Assembly: GCA_963772835.1 (NCBI GenBank)
Contig: CAVYYZ010000011.1
Coordinates: forward strand, 160,001-224,000
Origin: an uncultured delta proteobacterium
GTDB taxonomy: Bacteria > Desulfobacterota > Desulfuromonadia > Geobacterales > Pseudopelobacteraceae
Direction: 5' to 3'
Length of the DNA stretch: 64,000 bases
This document shows positions 29,759 through 40,147 of this stretch, piece after piece. Position numbers and translations under genes: made by a program. Under the pieces are notes generated by a model that was given only the letters and a program-made list of their open reading frames with translations, was not told where the DNA came from and did not search any database. Each line of letters opens with the position of its first letter. Positions within the stretch are counted from its first letter, which is position 1.

Positions 29759-31024
29759 ATGTCCAAAAAACGTGTAGTTATTGCCGGTATGGGTTTTGGC
29801 GGATTACGCGCAGCGAAAGTTTTGGCCGGCAGCGATGTCGAGCTGATAATGGTTGATCGCAATAATTACCACCTGTTTCAGCCGCTTCTTTATCAGGTGG
29901 CAACTGCCGGGCTTGAACAGGAAGCGATAGCCTATCCATTGCGTGGTTTGACCCGCCGCTGGCGGGGTGCCTCGTTTCTGCTTGGTGAAATCTGCGGCAT
30001 CGACCTGGCGGGAAAATGCCTTCTGACCGATGCGGGCAGGGTGAAGTATGATTATCTGGTCGTTGCCGCCGGCAGTCGTACTAATTTTTTCGGCATGGAA
30101 AGCGTCGCGACACACGCCTTTGACCTCAAACAGCTTGATCAGGCAGAGGATTTGCGGAACCATATCCTGCTGATGTTCGAACACGCCTCCCGGGAGCCGG
30201 ACCCGATTCGCAGAAAGGCTTTGCTGACATTCGTGGTCGTCGGGGGAGGGCCTACAGGCGTCGAGTTCTCAGGAGCTCTGCGAGAATTGATCGTTCATGT
30301 GCTTTCGCAGGATCATCCCACAATACCCACTGCCGATACAAGGATTGTTCTGGTTGAGGCTGCCGATTCGCTGCTGACTGCCATGCCTGCAGACCTCAGG
30401 CGGTACGCGCATCAAAAACTGATTTCCATGGGGGTTGAAGTGCTGCTGGGTAACAGGGTCGTCGGGGCGACTGCTGAAACAGTTGAACTGAACGATGGAG
30501 CCATGATCACTTCACACACGCTGTTCTGGTCGGCAGGGGTTGCTGCGGCGGAAGTGGCGGAATATCTCCCGGGAGTTGCACGGGGCGCTGCCGGCAGAAT
30601 CGTTGTTCAGCCGGATCTCAGTATCAAAGAGTACCCGGAGGTGTTTGTCATTGGTGACATGGCTTACTGTCTCGAAGACGGGTCGCCATTGCCGATGATG
30701 GCTCCGGTAGCGAGTCAGCAGGGAAATTATGCAGCCAGGGCCATTTTTGCCCGTCTGCAGGGGAGAAACCTCCCACCGTTTCGTTATCTGGACAAGGGGG
30801 CAATGGCGACAATCGGAAGGAGTTCTGCTGTAGCCGCCACCGCAGGATTTACATTCAGCGGGTATACTGCCTGGCTTGCCTGGCTGCTGCTGCATCTGTT
30901 CTATCTGATCGGATTTCGCAACCGACTGGTTGTCATGATGAATTGGACCTACGCCTATTGGTTTCAGGAGCGGCAGGTTCGACTCATTACGGCTAACAAG
31001 CGCCGGGCTGATACATTGAAGTAG
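29759..31024 (+). CDS. ndh: Type II NADH:quinone oxidoreductase
   Basis: GMGFGG, FQPLLYQVAT, VVGGGPTGVE, FVIGD, MATIGRSSAV. Confidence 0.92.
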   Translation: MSKKRVVIAGMGFGGLRAAKVLAGSDVELIMVDRNNYHLFQPLLYQVATAGLEQEAIAYPLRGLTRRWRGASFLLGEICGIDLAGKCLLTDAGRVKYDYLVVAAGSRTNFFGMESVATHAFDLKQLDQAEDLRNHILLMFEHASREPDPIRRKALLTFVVVGGGPTGVEFSGALRELIVHVLSQDHPTIPTADTRIVLVEAADSLLTAMPADLRRYAHQKLISMGVEVLLGNRVVGATAETVELNDGAMITSHTLFWSAGVAAAEVAEYLPGVARGAAGRIVVQPDLSIKEYPEVFVIGDMAYCLEDGSPLPMMAPVASQQGNYAARAIFARLQGRNLPPFRYLDKGAMATIGRSSAVAATAGFTFSGYTAWLAWLLLHLFYLIGFRNRLVVMMNWTYAYWFQERQVRLITANKRRADTLK

Positions 31025-31167
31025 ATGGTGCAAATTATCTCAATCCCCCGTTGGTCTTGACTTTTATCGTTTAAATCCCGTATTGTTGCGAATAGTGTTT
31101 GGAGTTCCTGTAAAAAAAAGAGACTTAATCTCTTTAGAGTTTCAAAGGTACGTATCGCGGAGAAATT

Positions 31168-31890
31168 TTGAAGGCATTTGTAATAATACCGACCTATAAC
31201 GAAAAAGATAACGTCCGGACTTTGACCAGTGCGGTTCTTGCCCAGCATGCAGATCTGCAGATTCTTTTCGTAGACGATAATTCTCCGGATGGTACCGGAG
31301 CAATTATTGACGATCTCGTTGCAGAAAATTCCCGGGTACACGTATTGCACCGGGCGGGAAAACTTGGCTTGGGCTCTGCGTATCGGGAGGGATTCAAAAC
31401 AGCACTTGCGAAGGGTGCGGACTATTTGTTTGAAATGGATGCTGACTTTTCTCATGATCCGGGGACGTTGCCGCTTTTTCTCACGGCGATCAGTGATAGT
31501 GATCTGGTTATCGGTTCCCGCTATCTCAACGGCGTCAGTGTCGTCAACTGGCCGATCAGGCGGCTGATATTAAGCTATTTCGCGAGTGTATATACCCGGT
31601 GGGTTACCGGTTTACGGCTGCATGACTGTACGAGCGGCTTTAAATGTTTCCGCCGCTCAACTATCGAAGCAATCGATCTTGAACGTGTCACCTCAGACGG
31701 GTATTCGTTCCAGATTGAAATGAATTACCGCTGCATGGAAAAGGGCTTTCGCATTTCCGAGATCCCGATTATTTTTATCGATCGCCATGCCGGCAGTTCA
31801 AAGATGTCCGGTACAATCGTCCGTGAAGCGGTACTGATGGTGTGGAAACTCCGACTCGGCACTATTTTTTCACGACTTTCGGGGAAATGA
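31168..31890 (+). CDS. Polyprenol monophosphomannose synthase (GT2, Dpm1-like)
   Basis: IIPTYNE, DDNSPDGT, KLGLGSAY, MDADFSH, GYSFQIE. Confidence 0.92.
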   Translation: MKAFVIIPTYNEKDNVRTLTSAVLAQHADLQILFVDDNSPDGTGAIIDDLVAENSRVHVLHRAGKLGLGSAYREGFKTALAKGADYLFEMDADFSHDPGTLPLFLTAISDSDLVIGSRYLNGVSVVNWPIRRLILSYFASVYTRWVTGLRLHDCTSGFKCFRRSTIEAIDLERVTSDGYSFQIEMNYRCMEKGFRISEIPIIFIDRHAGSSKMSGTIVREAVLMVWKLRLGTIFSRLSGK

Positions 31891-31897
31891 TTTCACT

Positions 31898-32083
31898 ATG
31901 CCTCACGAACTTTGGTCAGTCATTCTCATCGCCGGTTTACTCGGCTGGCTATTCTCATGCATCATGCTGATGTTCAAGGCGTTTCCACAAAAAGATGTTT
32001 TTGTCGTTTCGAGTGGAGTCCGCTGGGGATCAGCAGGTGTGATTTCGTTTTTTATCTGGGTTATTGGTATGTTAAATGCTTGA
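31898..32083 (+). CDS. Small two-TM hypothetical protein
   Basis: 61 aa, two hydrophobic helices, tightly packed in the operon. Confidence 0.65.
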   Translation: MPHELWSVILIAGLLGWLFSCIMLMFKAFPQKDVFVVSSGVRWGSAGVISFFIWVIGMLNA

Positions 32084-33161
32084 ATTAGTGCCGGTACGTA
32101 AATCAGTAAACCATACTCTGCTCATTGTGACTTTTTGGGTGTTAAACGCATCCCTGTTCCTGTCGGGGTGCACCTCTGCCAGACTCGATGATGCGGCCTG
32201 GCAGGATCAGCGTTTGAGTGCCGTGTGGCCCCAGTCTCCCGAAAAAGGCAGGATCAGGATACAGCAGGTCATACGTGGGCCGCAGGATGTTATAGACGCC
32301 TCATCAGGAGTTGTCAGAAAGATATTTGATTACATTTCCGGCTATAAAGAAGAATACATCAGTTTTTATACCCCGCAGTGTATTGCGGCAGACGGCAACG
32401 GAGTGATGTATGTTGCCGATCCATCGATAGGAATTGTTCATAAATATAATCTAGCCGCCAAAGATGTGCAGTATATTGTTCAGGCGGGTGATAAAAGGCT
32501 CGCCAGTCCGGTTGGCGTGGCTCTTGACGGAGAAAATAATCTTTACGTTACCGATGCGCAACTTGCGGCTATATTCAAGTTCAGTCCGGACGGTACATTT
32601 CTAAGCCGGCTTGACGGCAAGGGTCACCTGCTTCGCCCTGCCGGCATCGCTGTGAAAAGTAACGGGGACAAACTGGTTGCCGACGCTCTGGCGAATAAGG
32701 TTTTTATCTTTGGGAAAGATGATATCTTCAAGGGTGAACTTGGCGGATCCGATTTTACGGAGTCATTTAACCGACCGACATATCTTGCAGTAGACAGGCT
32801 GGATAATGTGTATGTCAGCGATACAATGAACTTCACCGTCAGAGTGTTTGACTCACAGGGCAGATATATCAGGAGTCAGGGACAGATCGGGGATGTGCCC
32901 GGTTCGTTTGCCCGTCCCAAGGGCGTGGCTCTGGACAGTGACCAGAATCTCTATGTAATTGATTCGATTTTCGGTAACTTCCAGATATTCGATCAGACGG
33001 GTCATCTGCTGCTGTATGTCGGTCAGGAAGGTACGTTACCCGGCGAATTCATGCTTCCAAGCGGGATATTTATTGACCGGAATGACCGGATCTATATTTC
33101 CGATACGTTCAATAACCGTATTCAGATTTATCAGTATTTGAAAGAGAAGGTGCACAAATGA
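32076..33161 (+). CDS. NHL-repeat beta-propeller lipoprotein
   Basis: Lipobox LSGC; repeated P.G.A.D....YV.D....I..F units. Confidence 0.88.
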   Translation: MLELVPVRKSVNHTLLIVTFWVLNASLFLSGCTSARLDDAAWQDQRLSAVWPQSPEKGRIRIQQVIRGPQDVIDASSGVVRKIFDYISGYKEEYISFYTPQCIAADGNGVMYVADPSIGIVHKYNLAAKDVQYIVQAGDKRLASPVGVALDGENNLYVTDAQLAAIFKFSPDGTFLSRLDGKGHLLRPAGIAVKSNGDKLVADALANKVFIFGKDDIFKGELGGSDFTESFNRPTYLAVDRLDNVYVSDTMNFTVRVFDSQGRYIRSQGQIGDVPGSFARPKGVALDSDQNLYVIDSIFGNFQIFDQTGHLLLYVGQEGTLPGEFMLPSGIFIDRNDRIYISDTFNNRIQIYQYLKEKVHK

Positions 33162-34060
33162 AGAAACAGCTTCGCCCCCTATTGATAGTGCTGTCGGTGG
33201 CACTGACGCTTGTAATGTCGGTGGTATATCAGGCGCGAGCGCTTGGTGATAAAGTATCTGAACCTGGAAACAGACATAATCTGTCGGCCTCCAATACCAT
33301 TCCGGGGTTTCTGTACAAGGCGACCAATGACCCGGCAAACAACCCCCGTGGTCAGCAGATATGTGTTTTCTGCCATACTCCGCACAGCGCCAATGTTGTC
33401 GGGCAGGCCCCTCTCTGGAACCGGAACTTTTCAAATGAAACCTTTCAGCGCTACACTTCGCTTACGCTTCATATCCGTAATATTGCCAATGCGCAATATG
33501 GCGCCGGCGCCAAGCCGAATGGCTCCACCAGGCTCTGCCTTAGCTGCCATGACGGCGTTTCAAGACTGGGTGCGGTGTATAACGGGTCTGAGATAACCAT
33601 GGTAAAGGATGTTATTGATGGACTCGCCTCATTTAATCCATCGACAAATAAAATGCTGACCGGGCATCATCCCGTATCATTCGTCTATCTGACAGGGTTT
33701 AATGTGGGGAGCCAAACCGGCGTTGCCCATCCGGAACTCCCGGCTACCTATAGATTTATGCCGCAATCGAGCGCGGGAAAAGTGAAGTTGTATGACACCA
33801 ACAGAAACGGTAACGGCTGGATGCAATGTACCACGTGCCATGATCCCCACCAGAATCAGTCTGTTGAGGCCGGACCGGGCACCTGCTACGACGCAGTGGG
33901 CATACCGGGCGCCTGTGATACTTCAACCTTTACAAGGAAAATTGCTCCGTTCTGGATTTATCACGGCACAAACACTACTGCATCTCAAGATACCGGGACA
34001 GTATGCAAGGTGTGCCACGCAGTGGCTGCCCCCGGACCGGCTCGATCTCCATGGCTATAG
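33158..34060 (+). CDS. Tetraheme cytochrome c, OmcE-like motif order
   Basis: Signal peptide, HNLS, ICVFCHTPH, PLWNR, LCLSCHDG, HHPV, CTTCHDPH, CKVCH. Confidence 0.82.
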   Translation: MKKQLRPLLIVLSVALTLVMSVVYQARALGDKVSEPGNRHNLSASNTIPGFLYKATNDPANNPRGQQICVFCHTPHSANVVGQAPLWNRNFSNETFQRYTSLTLHIRNIANAQYGAGAKPNGSTRLCLSCHDGVSRLGAVYNGSEITMVKDVIDGLASFNPSTNKMLTGHHPVSFVYLTGFNVGSQTGVAHPELPATYRFMPQSSAGKVKLYDTNRNGNGWMQCTTCHDPHQNQSVEAGPGTCYDAVGIPGACDTSTFTRKIAPFWIYHGTNTTASQDTGTVCKVCHAVAAPGPARSPWL

Positions 34061-34096
34061 CGGGCTTATTACGACCAGAATAAGTATGGGATACCT

Positions 34097-35164
34097 ATGA
34101 AATTTAAATCATTTTTAGTCAGTGCATGTTTCAGTTTGTGTGTCCTCACACTGGCTCCCGCTGTTTTTGCTGCGACCCACCTTGATGAAAAATATATCAA
34201 GACCGGTTGCGCCGCCTGTCACCTTGGCTTCGATTTTAAATATGGCGGGGGGGTCCGTCGCTGCCTTCTCTGTCACGGTCCTGACTACAGATCTATGACC
34301 GGCATTACAGCTTCGGGCGCCGCACCACGGAATATTGTCCCGGATCTTGAAAAAAACTATTCTCATCCAGTAAAAAAGAGCGCCGGAAAGCACTCCGCCC
34401 GGGAAATACTGCCCGAGATTGATCAGAACGCTCCGCGCCACTCCGATTGTACCGATTGCCATAAACCGCATTCGTCGAGTTATGATGCTCCTTTCGCTGG
34501 AATATCAGGCAAGAAGGTCGGAAATATTACCACCCAAATCACCAAAGAGTATGAGCTTTGTTACCTCTGTCATTCCGACAGCGCCAACCTTCCCGTTAAA
34601 GCAACCAACAAACGGGTTGAGTTTTCAATAAACAATCCTTCCTTCCACCCGATAGAAGGTGAAGGGAAAAATCAGTCTGTCATCAGCCTTATCCGGCCTT
34701 ACCGTGAAAAGAAAAGCTCACCAAGTGACGTTTCGGTACTGAAATGTGCAGACTGCCACGGCAGTGACGACGCAAGTTCGCCGCGTGGACCGCACGGCTC
34801 CAAATATCAGGGGCTGCTCACGGACAATTATTCGACCGGTGATAATATTGCTGAAAGCAGCTTTGCATACGGGATCTGTTATAAATGCCACAAAAGATCA
34901 AGCATCCTGGGCAATGAAAGTTTTATCTCTCATTCACGGCACATCACCGGTGAACGTAGCTTCAAGGGAGGAGGAACGTCGTGTTACACCTGCCACTCGT
35001 CACACGGAAGTGTGGAAAACCGGTATCTGATCCGGTTTAACCGTGAGTTTGTATCCGAAAGTTCAACTGGAAAACTTAAGTTTGTCGAAAAAGGTACCTA
35101 TTCATTTCATGGAGAGTGCTGGCTGACATGCCACGGTGTTGATCACAATCCGAAGACATACTGA
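34097..35164 (+). CDS. Multiheme cytochrome c (7 CxxCH + 1 CxxxCH)
   Basis: CAACH, CLLCH, CTDCH, CYLCH, CADCH, CYKCH, CYTCH, CWLTCH; signal peptide. Confidence 0.9.
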   Translation: MKFKSFLVSACFSLCVLTLAPAVFAATHLDEKYIKTGCAACHLGFDFKYGGGVRRCLLCHGPDYRSMTGITASGAAPRNIVPDLEKNYSHPVKKSAGKHSAREILPEIDQNAPRHSDCTDCHKPHSSSYDAPFAGISGKKVGNITTQITKEYELCYLCHSDSANLPVKATNKRVEFSINNPSFHPIEGEGKNQSVISLIRPYREKKSSPSDVSVLKCADCHGSDDASSPRGPHGSKYQGLLTDNYSTGDNIAESSFAYGICYKCHKRSSILGNESFISHSRHITGERSFKGGGTSCYTCHSSHGSVENRYLIRFNREFVSESSTGKLKFVEKGTYSFHGECWLTCHGVDHNPKTY

Positions 35165-35179
35165 CAGGAATAAGTATAT

Positions 35180-35632
35180 ATGCGAAATAAAACACGTAAC
35201 ATAATTACCAAGACTTTGATTATGCTGTTATTTTCCAGTGGCGTATACGCTGCGGAAAATGTAACTGTCAGTCCGCATTCTGACGAGGGTGATTGCGGGA
35301 TTTGCCATGTCGCACCGGCAGCAAAGCTGCGCAGCTGGTTTACATTCGGCAGTACAAAAAGGGAACTGAAATATGACCTGAACCAGGTGTGTCTCACATG
35401 CCACACAGTCGAACCTACTCATGCGGGTGGTTTTTTTGGGGTCGGCATCGGCCATGGAACCGGAAAAAAACCTGCTGTTAACCGTCAAGAACTTCCGCTT
35501 GCCGGTGACGGCACAATCACGTGTGCCACCACATGTCATAATATACATGTTGCTTCTGATGACAGGCAATTGCAGCGCAAACGCCTGAGAGCACCTGTCA
35601 ACACATTGTGTCTGTCCTGTCATGATAAGTAG
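35180..35632 (+). CDS. Small multiheme cytochrome c (3 CxxCH + 1 CxxxCH)
   Basis: CGICH, CLTCH, CATTCH, CLSCH; signal peptide. Confidence 0.88.
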   Translation: MRNKTRNIITKTLIMLLFSSGVYAAENVTVSPHSDEGDCGICHVAPAAKLRSWFTFGSTKRELKYDLNQVCLTCHTVEPTHAGGFFGVGIGHGTGKKPAVNRQELPLAGDGTITCATTCHNIHVASDDRQLQRKRLRAPVNTLCLSCHDK

Positions 35633-35663
35633 CAATCCATTCTGCACATAATATGTTGAATTT

Positions 35664-35700
35664 AAAGCCACAGGCACCCTGCCGGTGGTTTTATATTTTT
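35664..35700 (+). terminator. Probable intrinsic terminator between the cytochromes and pulF
   Basis: AAAGCCACAGGCA-CCC-TGCCGGTGGTTTT followed by a T-rich run; one internal mismatch. Confidence 0.55.
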
Positions 35701-35733
35701 ATATTTTGCCATTTATGATATCAAATAAAGGCT

Positions 35734-36942
35734 ATGGCGCTTTATTCCTGTAAAATCGGTGCATCAGACGGTAAAATTCTCATCAGAGATTTTGAGGCCG
35801 CAGACAGTAATGTTTTGCGAAAAAATCTGGAGGATCAGGGCTATTTTGTCTTTGAAGTCAAAAAGAAGCCGTTTCAGTTTCTTTTCGATAAGGGAATCAG
35901 GCGCAAAAAGGTTGATAACCGTGCTCTTTTGACATTTAATCAGGAAATGCTCGTGCTGATTAAGGCTGGAATGCCGATCATGCAGGTTCTTGATGCAATT
36001 CTGGAACGCCACGATTCCGGACCGTTATACGAGATTCTGGTGCAGGTGCGTGAAGATGTAAAAGCCGGCGCCTCATTATCGGTTGCTATGGAAAAACACG
36101 GGCGGGCTTTCCCCCATCTTTATGTTGCCTCAATCCGTGCAGGTGAGCGGACCGGTGATCTCCCCCAGACAATCCGCCGCTACATTGAATATTTGAAAAG
36201 GGTTGGTACTCTCAGGAAAAAAATAGTGGCCGCTGTATTTTATCCGGCCATCCTTGTTGTTTTTGCCTTTCTTGCGGTTATACTTCTGCTGGTGTATGTC
36301 GTGCCTACCTTTAGTCAGGTGTACACCGATTCAGGGTCGCACCTTCCTGTCCTGACACAGTTATTAATTTCATTTACTTCGTTTCTCAGGCGCTATTTTG
36401 TTTTCGGGGTCATAGGTTGTGGCGCCCTGCTTGCAGCATTCAGATCATGGAAAAATACCGAAGCGGGCAGGTACGCACTCGATCGCTTTATGCTGACCGT
36501 ACCGGTGGTCGGAGACGTTATCAGCAAGTATTCAGTTTCGGCTTTCACTCGCACACTGGCAACTGTCCTCGGCAGCGGCATACCGATCATTGAATCACTG
36601 CGCATGTCGATCGGAACTTTGAACAACGTCTTCATGGAAAAACGCCTTTTCGAAGCGGTCCGTTATGTTGAAGAGGGTGGACGGCTCTCGGTTGCACTTG
36701 AACGTATTCATATCATGCCTCCGCTGGCATTGCGCATGCTGGGCGTAGGGGAAACAACCGGGGCTCTCGAAGATATGCTGATTGATATTTCTAATTATCT
36801 GGAAGATGAACTCGAAGAGCGGATGCATCTGTTGACTACCTCAATTGAACCGGCCATCATGCTTGTTATGGGGGTCGTTATCGGTACAATTATTATTGCT
36901 ATGTATCTTCCGATTTTCAAACTTGGCAGCACGGTAGGATAA
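35734..36942 (+). CDS. pulF: Type II secretion platform protein (GspF/PilC family)
   Basis: IKAGMPI, GERTGDL, FYPAIL, GETTGAL, IEPAIM..YLPIF. Confidence 0.92.
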   Translation: MALYSCKIGASDGKILIRDFEAADSNVLRKNLEDQGYFVFEVKKKPFQFLFDKGIRRKKVDNRALLTFNQEMLVLIKAGMPIMQVLDAILERHDSGPLYEILVQVREDVKAGASLSVAMEKHGRAFPHLYVASIRAGERTGDLPQTIRRYIEYLKRVGTLRKKIVAAVFYPAILVVFAFLAVILLLVYVVPTFSQVYTDSGSHLPVLTQLLISFTSFLRRYFVFGVIGCGALLAAFRSWKNTEAGRYALDRFMLTVPVVGDVISKYSVSAFTRTLATVLGSGIPIIESLRMSIGTLNNVFMEKRLFEAVRYVEEGGRLSVALERIHIMPPLALRMLGVGETTGALEDMLIDISNYLEDELEERMHLLTTSIEPAIMLVMGVVIGTIIIAMYLPIFKLGSTVG

Positions 36943-36948
36943 AATACG

Positions 36949-38667
36949 ATGAAGTCATTCAAAAGAAAAAATATCGGCACAATACTGATTGAGCGGGGAA
37001 ACCTGAAGCCCGATCAGATACCGACCATTGTTGATAAGCAAGCCACAACCCGGATGCGTTTTGGTGAAATTGCCATTCACGAAGGTTTTGTTACAGAAGA
37101 AGACCTGGCTCAAGCCCTGGCGGAGCAGTTCAGTCTTGAATATATAGATCTGCGTAATTTCAAAATGGACTCTGAACTGCTCAACCAATTGCCGCCCGAT
37201 GCAATTTACCGTTTCCATTTCGTACCGCTGGAAATGGAGTTGCATTCAATCGTTGTCGCAGTGACTGACCCGACCGACGTTTTTAAATTCGATGAACTTG
37301 AGTTGCTGCTTAACCGCAAGGTTCAGATCCGGATTGCGTCCGAATCTGCTATCGCATCGGTAACTAAAGCCGGTGAGGGAACGCGCCGTGTACTGCGCGA
37401 GGTCTCTGAAGATTTTATGCTCCAGTTGGTCAAGGAAACCGACCGGGGTGAAGAGGTACTGTCAGTCGAGACGCTGTCAGATGATACGAGCCCGATAATC
37501 AAACTGATAAATACGACTATTCTGGACGCTCTCAATCGCAGAGCGAGCGATATCCATATTGAAACAGGTCTTGACGGAGTTGATATCAAGTATCGCATTG
37601 ACGGGGTGCTGTATAAAGCGAACGATACAATTGATCAGCATTTTCAGGCTCCGATAATTTCACGGCTCAAAGTTATGAGTGAGCTTGATATTTCTGAGCG
37701 GCGCGTTCCTCAGGACGGCCGCTTTAAAATTCGCTTTGGTGAAAAATCAATCGACTTTCGGGTTTCGATTATGCCAAGTTCTATGGGAGAAGATGCCGTC
37801 ATCCGTATTCTCGATAAGGAGAGCATCGCAAGCGATCTTAAGGGGCTGACACTTGAAAATCTTGGCATCAGCGGCCGGGAGATCAAACGCCTCAGGAAAA
37901 AAATTCGCGAACCTTATGGCATGGTACTGGTGACAGGTCCTACCGGCTCAGGTAAAACAACAACTCTTTACGCGGCGTTGACCGAGATTCATACCGGAGA
38001 GGATAAGATCATCACGATTGAAGATCCCGTTGAATACATGCTGCGAGGAGTACTGCAGATACCTGTTAATGAAAAAAAAGGGCTGACTTTTGCCAAGGGT
38101 TTGCGCTCAATACTGCGCCATGACCCGGATAAGATCATGGTCGGAGAAATACGTGATTCTGAGACAGCACAAATTGCTGTCCAGTCGGCTCTGACCGGAC
38201 ATCTGGTATTTACGACGGTTCATGCCAACAATGTATTTGATGTTATCGGCCGTTTTATTCATATGGGCATTGATCCCTATAATTTTGTCTCATGCCTTAA
38301 CTGCGTTCTTGCACAGCGTCTGGTGAGAAAAGTCTGTATTGCGTGCCGCCGCCCTGTACAGTACAGCGATGAGCAGTTGATCGACGGCGGTGTTGATCCG
38401 GAGCGTTTTCGGGGGATGACGCTGTATGAGTCGCATGGATGCCCCGAGTGTCACGGTACGGGCTATAAAGGCCGCGTTGCAATCGTCGAGCTTCTGGAGC
38501 TGAATGACCAGATCCGGGATCTCATCATTGCCAAAGTCCCCGCGACTCAGTTGAAACAGGCCGCCCGGGATGCAGGTGTCATGTTTTTGCGGGATTCAGC
38601 CGAAGAGAAACTGGCTTCAGGTATAACGACACTCAAGGAGATAAACCGCGTCACGTTTGTTGAATGA
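36949..38667 (+). CDS. pulE: Type II secretion ATPase (GspE/PilB family)
   Basis: ASDIHIE, GPTGSGKTT, TIEDPVE, LRHDPD..GEIRD, TGHLV, CxxC..CxxC, GYKGR. Confidence 0.95.
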   Translation: MKSFKRKNIGTILIERGNLKPDQIPTIVDKQATTRMRFGEIAIHEGFVTEEDLAQALAEQFSLEYIDLRNFKMDSELLNQLPPDAIYRFHFVPLEMELHSIVVAVTDPTDVFKFDELELLLNRKVQIRIASESAIASVTKAGEGTRRVLREVSEDFMLQLVKETDRGEEVLSVETLSDDTSPIIKLINTTILDALNRRASDIHIETGLDGVDIKYRIDGVLYKANDTIDQHFQAPIISRLKVMSELDISERRVPQDGRFKIRFGEKSIDFRVSIMPSSMGEDAVIRILDKESIASDLKGLTLENLGISGREIKRLRKKIREPYGMVLVTGPTGSGKTTTLYAALTEIHTGEDKIITIEDPVEYMLRGVLQIPVNEKKGLTFAKGLRSILRHDPDKIMVGEIRDSETAQIAVQSALTGHLVFTTVHANNVFDVIGRFIHMGIDPYNFVSCLNCVLAQRLVRKVCIACRRPVQYSDEQLIDGGVDPERFRGMTLYESHGCPECHGTGYKGRVAIVELLELNDQIRDLIIAKVPATQLKQAARDAGVMFLRDSAEEKLASGITTLKEINRVTFVE

Positions 38668-39611
38668 CCGGAACAGAACACGCCATGTTGTTTACCAGTA
38701 ATATAATCGGAGTTGAAATAAGTCAGCACGGAGTTGTGTGCGCCTTGACAGGCGGTTCTGCCGCCGCTCCATGTGTCGAGCGGGTAGCCAGCGCTGCCTT
38801 CCCCTCACAGACGTTGCAGCATTCTCTGCGTGATCAGAATATCCTTGATCCAGACGCATTCGTTGCAGGATTGAAATCAGCCCATAATCTTTTGCTGTGC
38901 CGCTCGCAGAGGGTAACTGTTTCCCTTCCTGACTCGACATGCAGGATCATTCTGCTCGATCACGAAGGACGTTTCAAGAGTCGTGCTGAGGCTCTGGACC
39001 TGATCCGCTGGAAGCTGAAGAAAAGCATACCGCTTGATACCTCCGATACCAAACTTGATTATCAGCAGTTGGCGGTTCGAGAGAATGGCGATCTGGCACT
39101 CTTGGTTGCCATTGCATCGCGTACGGTTATTTCCCAATACGAAGATCTGATTTCCAAAGCGGGGCTTTCTCCCGCACGTATTGATTGTAATACGTTTAAT
39201 ATATGCCGCCTTTTTGATCGGCGTCTTTCGCTTCAGGATGATTGCATTCTGATTTCTTTTTACAGCGGGACCTTGTCGATCGTTGCCTTTGCACAGGGAA
39301 TTCCTGAGTTTATACGCACCAAGGATCTTTCAGGCACATCAGCTACTGACAACAGGGTGTATATGGAGATAAACAGTTCTCTACTGGTGTATAAAGAACG
39401 TTATCCCGCACGGATAGTGCAAACAGTCTTTTGTGTGGCGTCACCTGACATTGCACAGAATTTCCAGGAGATGATCGCAGAAGCCACCGGCGTGACGCCG
39501 GTTCTGCTTGAGGCGAAAAGTGCCGTAATACCGGGGAATAACGCACCGGGAGATCAGATGCGGCTATTCCCCTATACTGCTGCCATTGGTGCGGCTCTGA
39601 GGAGTGTTTGA
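38664..39611 (+). CDS. PilM/GspL-like cytoplasmic assembly protein
   Basis: IGVEI, VSLPD, IRWKLKKSIP, AAIGAAL; position in the cluster. Start may be 38685. Confidence 0.75.
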   Translation: MTGTEHAMLFTSNIIGVEISQHGVVCALTGGSAAAPCVERVASAAFPSQTLQHSLRDQNILDPDAFVAGLKSAHNLLLCRSQRVTVSLPDSTCRIILLDHEGRFKSRAEALDLIRWKLKKSIPLDTSDTKLDYQQLAVRENGDLALLVAIASRTVISQYEDLISKAGLSPARIDCNTFNICRLFDRRLSLQDDCILISFYSGTLSIVAFAQGIPEFIRTKDLSGTSATDNRVYMEINSSLLVYKERYPARIVQTVFCVASPDIAQNFQEMIAEATGVTPVLLEAKSAVIPGNNAPGDQMRLFPYTAAIGAALRSV

Positions 39612-40147
39612 TGCGTTTCACTATTAATCTTGCGACACGCACCTTCCTTGACCATCGTCTGATCAACAGGGTTGCGTATGGGATCATAGCGGTACTGGTC
39701 GTCATTGCAGGATGGAATGTCAGTCGTATGTCTTCAAATATGGGCGAACAGCATCGTCTGAACTCTGAAATATCTGCAATTCAGAGCAGGCTCGGGGTTA
39801 AGCCGAACGGCATTTCTGAAGTCGATTCCAGTCGTCAGAAGGATCGCATACGCTTCTATAATGAAATTATTGCACGTAAAAGTACTAACTGGCTGCATCT
39901 GCTGGAACTGTTCGAAAACACCACTCCGGATGGAATAGCATTGTCAATGCTCTCGCCTGAAAAAAACATGGAAGATTGGAAACTGGAGGGGCGCGCCAGA
40001 TCCTTTAAAGTATTACAGCAATACTTTGAAAAGTTGGAGGCCTCTAAAAACTTTTCAAATGTTCTGCTGTTATCCCATCAGAATCTGGTAACAGGCGAAA
40101 AAAGGCTCGGGGTTCAATTTACGATCTCCTGCAGGGTAATAAAGTGA
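39608..40147 (+). CDS. PilN-like protein
   Basis: INLA motif, one TM, coiled coil, ferredoxin-like C-terminus. Confidence 0.75.
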   Translation: MMRFTINLATRTFLDHRLINRVAYGIIAVLVVIAGWNVSRMSSNMGEQHRLNSEISAIQSRLGVKPNGISEVDSSRQKDRIRFYNEIIARKSTNWLHLLELFENTTPDGIALSMLSPEKNMEDWKLEGRARSFKVLQQYFEKLEASKNFSNVLLLSHQNLVTGEKRLGVQFTISCRVIK

